A stretch of DNA of 31,747 nucleotides, taken from a virus. Lineage: Duplodnaviria > Caudoviricetes. A program made the position numbers and the translations under genes. Below are positions 25,605 to 31,747 of the stretch, piece after piece (the first letter of the stretch is position 1; each line of letters begins with the position of its first letter). The stretch covers positions 1-31,747 of IMG/VR virus record IMGVR_UViG_3300022923_000063. One strand, 5' to 3'. A model generated the notes under the pieces. The model searched no databases. It saw only the letters and a list, made by a program, of their open reading frames with translations, and was not told the DNA's origin.

Positions 25605-27197
25605 TTACATTGCGAATGGATCTTCAGCCTCTGGCTCTTCAGCAGTCTTCTTCTTTAACTTAGATTTAAATGCTTCATTAGCTCTAATCTCATCGTCACT
25701 TAATTTAAGATATTTCTTAACTAAGTATTCTTGATCGAAGTAATATTCTTCTTCCATAGTCTCTTGATTAGTTGTCATTAGACTATCTCTCATTGTACCT
25801 ATAAAGTCAAGTCTCTTCTCCATTAATTCCATATCTTTCAATTCTGAGAAGACATTTTCTTCATTGAATCTAAGTGCAATTTGAGTTTTAAATTGAGGAT
25901 CATTTGTAAAATCAGGATATTTAAGACACATTTGAATATAAAGTGGCTTAGATAAAATTTCCATAAAGATAGATCTTAAACGTTTGATAAATTTACCAAA
26001 TTTAATCTCATCTCTAATCATACCATCTGCCGCAAGGTTAAAGTCACCTCCACCGTCTTCGTATAAGAATCTTGAATAAGGAATTTTTGAAACGTGCTTT
26101 AATTTATCAGAGAAGTATTTAAGTGCTTCTGTATCTGATAGATCTGGCCCTTCACTATTAAGTGTTTCAATTTCTGGTGAATCACCATCTTTAGAAGGTA
26201 ACCAATACTCTTTACTAAACTGTAACATTGGTTTACCATCTGTAGCCAAAGTACCTGATTCCCAATCAAAATCAACTGACTCTTTATATGAGTTCATTAA
26301 CTGTGAAAGTGATTGTTTTGCTCTGGTCTTAGATTTACCACCGACTGGGATAACAAACTTCATTCTAAATGAAGCGTTAGTCACAGCCCAAATAACTCTA
26401 GTGTGTTCCATAATTCTTAACAAGTTAAATGCTCTTGTTAATCTCTCAATATATGAAACTCTTGATGCTGTAGTAATTGAAGAGTACGAAATATAAATAA
26501 TCTGTGAATCGTAAAGTTTACGCTCTTTAACTGGATCATCTTTGTATTGTACCCAAACCTTTTTACCATCATCGTGATTATAACCAGGAATAAGTGTGAT
26601 TGGATCTAATTCTTTAAAACCAATAATTTCTTTTTGGTCGGGGGAATAAATTATTTCAAATGCAAGATAACCATCAATTAGGAATTTTCTAAAGAAATAC
26701 CATGCAGATTGATCAGAATTAAAACCAAAATAGTGATAGATTTGTCTAAAGTATTTATTAAGATCTTTGTCTACCTGCTCTGAAATATCAATACCTAGAA
26801 TTTCAGGATAACAGAAAAAGTTTTTCTCATCATATACAATGGTCTCATCACACAGAATATCTAAAATATCTTCCACTTCATCATTAAGTGAAAATCTTCT
26901 AAGTTCTTCTCTTTTACCTTCATATGATTGATCGAAAAATGGAATGTTTGATCTCATATTGGTATCTGTCATTGACATTGCAGCGAATGCTCCATAAATG
27001 TCATCTGAGTCTACACCAAACGGGTTCATTTGACCATAACCTATTTCGGCTTCCATTGGTCCAATTGCTTGTGATTGTCTTAGGACTAAATCATCATAGC
27101 GCATACCAAACGAAGACAATGACTTTAGAGCATTTGAAATGCTAAAAGGTCTTGATCCATTGCTCAATGGTCCATTTCTGTCGTTAAATCCTGCCAT
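25605..27197 (-). CDS. portal protein (T4 gp20-like)
   Basis: E....LD....E.IV, F.IDG, L..MEH..VI, R..F.IPVG, EYWLP..DG...EIETL, YF..KL....KIP.SR, I.RDE.KF.KFI.RLR, F.E.N.F.ELK..E. Confidence 0.95.
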   Translation of the reverse strand: MAGFNDRNGPLSNGSRPFSISNALKSLSSFGMRYDDLVLRQSQAIGPMEAEIGYGQMNPFGVDSDDIYGAFAAMSMTDTNMRSNIPFFDQSYEGKREELRRFSLNDEVEDILDILCDETIVYDEKNFFCYPEILGIDISEQVDKDLNKYFRQIYHYFGFNSDQSAWYFFRKFLIDGYLAFEIIYSPDQKEIIGFKELDPITLIPGYNHDDGKKVWVQYKDDPVKERKLYDSQIIYISYSSITTASRVSYIERLTRAFNLLRIMEHTRVIWAVTNASFRMKFVIPVGGKSKTRAKQSLSQLMNSYKESVDFDWESGTLATDGKPMLQFSKEYWLPSKDGDSPEIETLNSEGPDLSDTEALKYFSDKLKHVSKIPYSRFLYEDGGGDFNLAADGMIRDEIKFGKFIKRLRSIFMEILSKPLYIQMCLKYPDFTNDPQFKTQIALRFNEENVFSELKDMELMEKRLDFIGTMRDSLMTTNQETMEEEYYFDQEYLVKKYLKLSDDEIRANEAFKSKLKKKTAEEPEAEDPFAM

Positions 27198-27220
27198 ACT
27201 ATTATATTATTATGTTCTGT

Positions 27221-27847
27221 TTATATATCTTTTCTTTTTGAGCGCGCTTTTAGGTGCTCTCTAAATTGTCTTTTAACTTCATTAATCCCAATACCATTTA
27301 GGTCTTGAAAATCGCAAAGTGCTATTTTAGCCCAACTTTCATAAGAAACTACTTTTTGATTCTTTTTTAGTTGAGGTATGTATTGTCTAACAGCAAAATC
27401 AAATCCAAATTGTTTTAAAAACTTAACAGCGTCTTTGTATATTAGATTAATTTCACCCTGTGTTAATGCATTATTTTCTTTAGATCTTCCTGTTTTAGAT
27501 TTGATTTGACCGGCCATTCTGTCATAGATCATATCTAATAGATCTTCTTTCATCTGTACTGGTAATAAGTTAAGATTAATTCCAACGTCCGTACCACTCT
27601 CATGTGGATCCATAGCTAACACAACTGGATTCATATCCCACCATTCTAATGTTTTAATATGCTTAGGCTTTTCATATCTAAATACATGAATCATTCCGAC
27701 CCTAAACGGTTTACTGTGTTTTGCTACAGTATTATCTCTAATAGATTTAGAAGCTTCAGCAAACCATTTTTCTGCACTTCTTCGTGCTTTAGTTTTACTG
27801 CCAGCTTCCTTAGATAAATCCTTAATTTCTTTTTTTATTTTACCCAT
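27221..27847 (-). CDS. DNA end protector protein (T4 gp2-like)
   Basis: KWF, G....F.Y..PK....L.WWD..P.V, GINL..LP...+..LL, VRQY. Adjacent to gp4. Confidence 0.8.
   Translation of the reverse strand: MGKIKKEIKDLSKEAGSKTKARRSAEKWFAEASKSIRDNTVAKHSKPFRVGMIHVFRYEKPKHIKTLEWWDMNPVVLAMDPHESGTDVGINLNLLPVQMKEDLLDMIYDRMAGQIKSKTGRSKENNALTQGEINLIYKDAVKFLKQFGFDFAVRQYIPQLKKNQKVVSYESWAKIALCDFQDLNGIGINEVKRQFREHLKARSKRKDI
27222..27229 (-). promoter_or_regulatory. late promoter box GATATATA overlapping the gp2 stop
   Basis: GAT ATA TAA encodes D-I-stop, upstream of portal. Confidence 0.7.
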
Positions 27848-28320
27848 TATTTAAGAGACTTTTCTGTTAGAACTATGAACCTCCAACCTCTATTTTCAGC
27901 CCATGCCTTTGCATATTTATATTTATCTCTATTTTTTATATACTGCTCTGCTAAAAACTTATAGGATTTAAGTGCCTTTTGACTATTCTTTTTAGGTGGA
28001 GTCGGCTTTGTAATTTGTGCCTCTGGTTTAATTTCTATTAAAAACTCTTCGTCTCCATCAATACCCCTAGTTTTCATATAGAAATCTGGATAATATTTGT
28101 GTTCTCTTTTATCGAATGACCATATATAGTTAATCTCAACTGGTTCACTGGACCATTTAATTACACTATCTCTAGTATCACACATTATCATGAACTTGCG
28201 TTCCCATGAAGATCTATAAATAATTGGAATTGGCCCAATGTATTTTTCTGGATTTGTTGGTGTAAAATACCCTTGTACAAATCCAGAATTTCCGGTTGGT
28301 TTGAGATTCTTTATTGACAT
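27847..28320 (-). CDS. head completion nuclease (T4 gp4-like, TnsA-type PD-(D/E)xK)
   Basis: QG.F.P.NPEKYIG, IYRSSWE.KFM..CD, WSSE, YYPDF, IEIKP, N..K...A..W....GW.F..LTE. Confidence 0.93.
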   Translation of the reverse strand: MSIKNLKPTGNSGFVQGYFTPTNPEKYIGPIPIIYRSSWERKFMIMCDTRDSVIKWSSEPVEINYIWSFDKREHKYYPDFYMKTRGIDGDEEFLIEIKPEAQITKPTPPKKNSQKALKSYKFLAEQYIKNRDKYKYAKAWAENRGWRFIVLTEKSLK

Positions 28321-28701
28321 TTAAATATTAAACATTCCACCATTATCATCGCTTCCGCCATTAGTAGTAATTCTGTCGATTGATAAAGTTCCTTTATATT
28401 TTTGCGGATGAATTTTATTCCAACCTTTAGCATATCCACGTTTTGCAATTTCTGTAAAATACGCAAACGCGTTTGGATATTTTGGATTAAAGTTTCTCCA
28501 ATATTTAAGTAGATCTAATAACGCGAATTGAAGACAGTCACTTCTGTCGTCACTGTTAACATAATTTAATTTATTAATAGTTCTTTCGGCTAAAAGCACC
28601 AACATTTTTTCTGCAGTTGGTGTTAATTTATCTAGTTCTTTGGATTTTACTAATTCGTTATAAAGGTCTTTATTATTTAAATAATTCTTTTTTCTGGCCA
28701 T
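28321..28701 (-). CDS. late transcription sigma factor (T4 gp55-like), minimal 126 aa
   Basis: NYLNNKDL, D.......LL..LKY..NFNP, NAFAYFTEI match gp55 motifs (NYVNNKE, NF.P, NPFAYFTQI). Confidence 0.85.
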   Translation of the reverse strand: MARKKNYLNNKDLYNELVKSKELDKLTPTAEKMLVLLAERTINKLNYVNSDDRSDCLQFALLDLLKYWRNFNPKYPNAFAYFTEIAKRGYAKGWNKIHPQKYKGTLSIDRITTNGGSDDNGGMFNI

Positions 28702-28721
28702 AATCTTTATATATGTTTAGT

Positions 28722-28750
28722 ATTATACTAAAAAAAGCCCAATTGTTTCC
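28722..28750 (-). promoter_or_regulatory. pre-late promoter GGAAAC-N17-TATAAT
   Basis: Upstream of the late sigma gene, overlapping the terminator hairpin. Confidence 0.65.
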
Positions 28751-28763
28751 AAATGGGCTTTTT
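28730..28763 (-). terminator. intrinsic terminator
   Basis: Minus strand AAAAAGCCCA-tttggaaacaat-TGGGCTTTTTTT after the stop at 28782. Confidence 0.7.
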
Positions 28764-28781
28764 AAATAATAATATACATGT

Positions 28782-29966
28782 TTAAATCGAATCTTCTGCT
28801 GCGATTTTAAGTTTATTTTTCTCTATTCTCATTGGCTCTTCGTTTACGAAAACCGTTAAGATATCTGATTTACCTTTTCCTGTAAATTCTAAAGCATCTA
28901 CTTTAACTTTAGATCCTAGTGGTAAATCTTCTGATTCTACTGTTGTTTCTGCGCTAACATAGCCATCATCTCTCGTTAAAAGATCTTCATTTTGTAAATC
29001 AGCTAATTCTTCAGAGATTCTAGTTATTTCACTATTTAATAAGTTGTCAGCTGCTTTAATATCTGGTAAATTTCTATTTGCTTCTGATAATCTACCTTTC
29101 TGATCTTTTAAGAATGCAATCATTTCATGCATCAATTGTGTCTTTGCTAATTTAGCAGCTCTTCTTTCTTTGTAAGATTCTAAAATATCTTCAACCATTG
29201 GTGTAATATCTGCACCTGTATTTTCAGCAACATATTCTATCGCTGCATCCGCTAAAAGTTTTGTGAATTTTTCAATTTTAGTAGCTTCATTAATTCTATA
29301 TACGAACATATTGTTATCAGCTCTCATTGCTAAAACTCTAACATCACCGTCTCTAGATTCTGAAATAAATTCTAATACATTATAATGATTATAATTTTTA
29401 GATGCAAATTCAAATAAATTGATCAATGCTTTATCATTATATTTAATATATGCTGCGGCTAATAAAGACTCTGCAAGAGGAAGAGATGGTGAATATGCTA
29501 ATTCTACATTACCTGCATAAAACTTATTCTCAGATACATTATAAGATAATTTAACTACGATTGATTCTGTAAGTAAATTAAGTTTTGATGATTCTAAAAC
29601 TGCTAATTCATTTTCAACTTCAGTTACTGCTAATTTCTTACCAGATACTTTGTATGATTTAATGTTTTCATTTAAGAAATTAATCTTTTTATCTAATTCT
29701 ACTAGTGCATTAAAGTTATCTAATGCAGACTCATTAACTTTAGAAATAGTCTTCTTATTGTTATAGTCATAGTAAAAAGAAACGCCTTCATTAGTAATGT
29801 TAAACAATTCATTTGCTTTAACTAAAAATGAAAACTCTTCTGAAACATTAGTGACTTTTTCGATATGACTTCCCGTCATTCTGAAATTTTGTCCACCGGC
29901 ATGAAATACAAAACCATTTTTAGATTCTATAACTGGTGAAATAATTCCTTTGTTTAAATTTGCCAT
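28782..29966 (-). CDS. hypothetical late protein, possible prohead core component (394 aa)
   Basis: Own late box, coiled-coil segments, many [ILV]-x-E-[SA] motifs. Confidence 0.6.
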   Translation of the reverse strand: MANLNKGIISPVIESKNGFVFHAGGQNFRMTGSHIEKVTNVSEEFSFLVKANELFNITNEGVSFYYDYNNKKTISKVNESALDNFNALVELDKKINFLNENIKSYKVSGKKLAVTEVENELAVLESSKLNLLTESIVVKLSYNVSENKFYAGNVELAYSPSLPLAESLLAAAYIKYNDKALINLFEFASKNYNHYNVLEFISESRDGDVRVLAMRADNNMFVYRINEATKIEKFTKLLADAAIEYVAENTGADITPMVEDILESYKERRAAKLAKTQLMHEMIAFLKDQKGRLSEANRNLPDIKAADNLLNSEITRISEELADLQNEDLLTRDDGYVSAETTVESEDLPLGSKVKVDALEFTGKGKSDILTVFVNEEPMRIEKNKLKIAAEDSI

Positions 29967-29986
29967 TTGTGTTATTTAATTTTTTA

Positions 29987-29994
29987 TATATATC
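29987..29994 (-). promoter_or_regulatory. late promoter box GATATATA
   Basis: Upstream of the 394-aa gene. Confidence 0.7.
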
Positions 29995-30000
29995 TTTATT

Positions 30001-31083
30001 TTATTCATTGAATGGGAGATCAGTTGCCTCAACATCATTTATGTCACCCATTATAGGTTTATCTTTATCTAAAACATTAGTCCCATAATCTGATGCATTT
30101 GTAAATTTAAAAATTCTATTAGAATTCTTTCTTCTCTTAGAAGTTCTTAATAATTGTGTATTAGTATTTATTAATTGACCTAGGGTATTCATATTAAAAT
30201 CACAATCAGTGTCAACTAAAATCCAATTAGTAAGATCTTCATTCCAATTCCAAACAGTACAGTCTGATACATCATAGTATACTACTTGACTTGGTAATTC
30301 ACCCTCATAGAATTGATTAGGATCAAGTGCTAATGTATTAGGATCTCCATAGTTACCAGTAACACCGCTTTCATAAGTAGATCTTGTAAACTTAGTGTAA
30401 ATGTCATCTTCAAAATCAAATGAAGGTATATTTGTATTAATTTCTAAACTAAATGTAATTTTATGATTTCCCTTGTCGTCGAATCCATATTCAACTGGAC
30501 GTTCTTGACTATAATCATCTGGCATCATATATTCTGATGAAATTCTATACATACCATCTTCTAAGTGACCTGCATCAACATGAAAGAAATTAGCCTTATA
30601 CATGTTTTTAATAATCGATTCAGTAACCTTAAACATATCTAATTGACTAGATAATAATATTTCTACATCGACACCGACTACACATGGAATCATTTCAAAT
30701 TCAGCAACAAAACCTTCCATTAAGCCGCTTTGATTCATCATTGTATAATTACCTAAATTTCTTTTATTGACAAGTTTACCTGGATCTATTGAAAATGAAG
30801 ATAAGTTTACTATACCTCTCGGTACTTTATCGTAATTACCATCTGCGAATTCTCCATTTGGATCACATGATTCTCCGTTTACATTTGAAAATAAAAAATT
30901 ATCTTTAATAAAGTTTTCATCACCAGAGACTGCATAAAAAAATGGCACATCTACAACAGCTCGTTCTTCATTAGAGATTTGTCTCCAAAAACTAAGCTTA
31001 CTGTTTAGATCAGCTAAAAGACCGATAATGATATGTCTAATAACACTATCGTCTTTGTTGTATTTTAAATTATATGTTGCCAT
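30001..31083 (-). CDS. tail terminator / sheath stabiliser (T4 gp15-like) with C-terminal extension
   Basis: IR..II......N, VDVP..Y, VPR......F..DP...+, IP......V.I......D.F.+.E.I fit the remembered gp15 pattern. Confidence 0.7.
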   Translation of the reverse strand: MATYNLKYNKDDSVIRHIIIGLLADLNSKLSFWRQISNEERAVVDVPFFYAVSGDENFIKDNFLFSNVNGESCDPNGEFADGNYDKVPRGIVNLSSFSIDPGKLVNKRNLGNYTMMNQSGLMEGFVAEFEMIPCVVGVDVEILLSSQLDMFKVTESIIKNMYKANFFHVDAGHLEDGMYRISSEYMMPDDYSQERPVEYGFDDKGNHKITFSLEINTNIPSFDFEDDIYTKFTRSTYESGVTGNYGDPNTLALDPNQFYEGELPSQVVYYDVSDCTVWNWNEDLTNWILVDTDCDFNMNTLGQLINTNTQLLRTSKRRKNSNRIFKFTNASDYGTNVLDKDKPIMGDINDVEATDLPFNE

Positions 31084-31097
31084 TTATATTTTTATCT

Positions 31098-31745
31098 TTA
31101 TTCAGTTATACAAGTTGCAGTAGATTGAATAATTTGGTTATAATTAGTTGTTGAAGTTGGTTCACCTGATGCTACCCAGTAAACTGTGACTATATTATTA
31201 GCTTCGGCTAATTTTGCGTTCCACGGTTGATCTGATTCAATTGTACTGGAATCTAATTTATAAGTTTGTCCATTTTGAATAGGCGAAGTTGAGGAAATTC
31301 CAAGTGTATTCGCTGTGTTACCATTCGCTTCAGATCCACAAGTGTATGCAAGTGCGTTATACAATTCATACACAAACTCAGTTGGTGTCGGTGTTGGTTC
31401 AGGCGTTGCAGTTGGCGGAACTGGAGTTGGCGCTGCCGTAGGTGCTGGTGTTGCAGTTGGCGGAACTGGCGTTGCAGTTGGCGGAACTGGTGTTGGCGGA
31501 ACTGGCGTTGCAGTTGGCGGAACTGGCGTTGCAGTTGGCGGAACTGGCGTTGCAGTTGGTAATGGTGATGCATTGAAATTAGTCCAAACTTCATTTGTTT
31601 GACACCATGCTAATGCATCGTTTTCTCCATTATTATTACCAGGAGATTTATCAAATTCAACTGGATTTTCAATAAATGCAGAATACTCTTCTACCCAAGA
31701 TACAAAATCTGCAGCAGAATCTAATTCTTCAAATGCAAAATATGC
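31098..31745 (-). CDS. 3' part of a Pro/Thr-linker protein (likely virion surface protein), start lies beyond the window
   Basis: Frame is open from the window edge (AYFAFEELD...WCQTNEVWTNF) through PTATPVP repeats into the 31098..31373 ORF of the track. Confidence 0.8.
   Translation of the reverse strand, partial: AYFAFEELDSAADFVSWVEEYSAFIENPVEFDKSPGNNNGENDALAWCQTNEVWTNFNASPLPTATPVPPTATPVPPTATPVPPTPVPPTATPVPPTATPAPTAAPTPVPPTATPEPTPTPTEFVYELYNALAYTCGSEANGNTANTLGISSTSPIQNGQTYKLDSSTIESDQPWNAKLAEANNIVTVYWVASGEPTSTTNYNQIIQSTATCITE
31381..31563 (-). repeat. degenerate 21-nt tandem repeat encoding PTATPVP
   Basis: Plus-strand GTTGCAGTTGGCGGAACTGG recurs, with shortened 15-nt (PTPVP) variants. Confidence 0.95.
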
Positions 31746-31747
31746 AG

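Noticed and set aside
27847-28320. TnsA-like endonuclease as evidence of a Tn7 transposon or homing endonuclease
   Set aside because: Motifs, size and adjacency to gp2 fit the core head-completion gene gp4. No transposase or terminal repeats seen.
31253-31602. (QRQFRQL)n and (GVAVGGT)n ORFs
   Set aside because: Alternative frames of the PTATPVP repeat. The Pro/Thr frame is continuous with flanking domains.
1-31747. Stop-codon reassignment, as found in some large phages
   Set aside because: Core genes are intact under code 11 and coding density is high. TAA dominates as stop, so rare reassignment of TAG cannot be tested here, but nothing requires it.

Overview
A 31.7-kb, AT-rich fragment of a large T4-related (Tevenvirinae-like or jumbo) myophage genome, covering most of its virion morphogenesis module. 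Almost all genes are on the minus strand. In transcription order they are: a Pro/Thr-repeat protein (partial), gp15-like tail terminator, a 394-aa putative head core protein, gp55-like late sigma, gp4, gp2, portal gp20, a small acidic core protein, a fused protease-scaffold (gp21+gp22), major capsid gp23, a 536-aa AADKA-repeat protein, clamp loader gp44, RNase H/5'-3' exonuclease, gp62-like subunit, an extended gp14-like neck protein, small and large terminase, tail sheath, tail tube, a gp26-like/gp51-like pair, tape measure, a KTSC protein, several small ORFs and the start of a P-loop kinase. Family calls rest on remembered motifs and synteny, not on database searches. The main observations read directly from the sequence are: (1) a probable +1 programmed frameshift joining the gp26-like and gp51-like ORFs, with a prfB-like CUU-UAA shifty stop; (2) two promoter classes that sort by gene function, a late GATATATA/GATAAATA box (14 copies found) and a pre-late AAAC-N17-TATAA[T/A] element (5 copies); (3) T4-like capsid-targeting N-termini and many [ILV]-x-E protease-type sites, suggesting processed internal head proteins; (4) structured leaders before the capsid and tape-measure genes; (5) three small ORFs missed by the ORF track. 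I noticed no tRNA, CRISPR, intron or intein, but I did not run a dedicated search.
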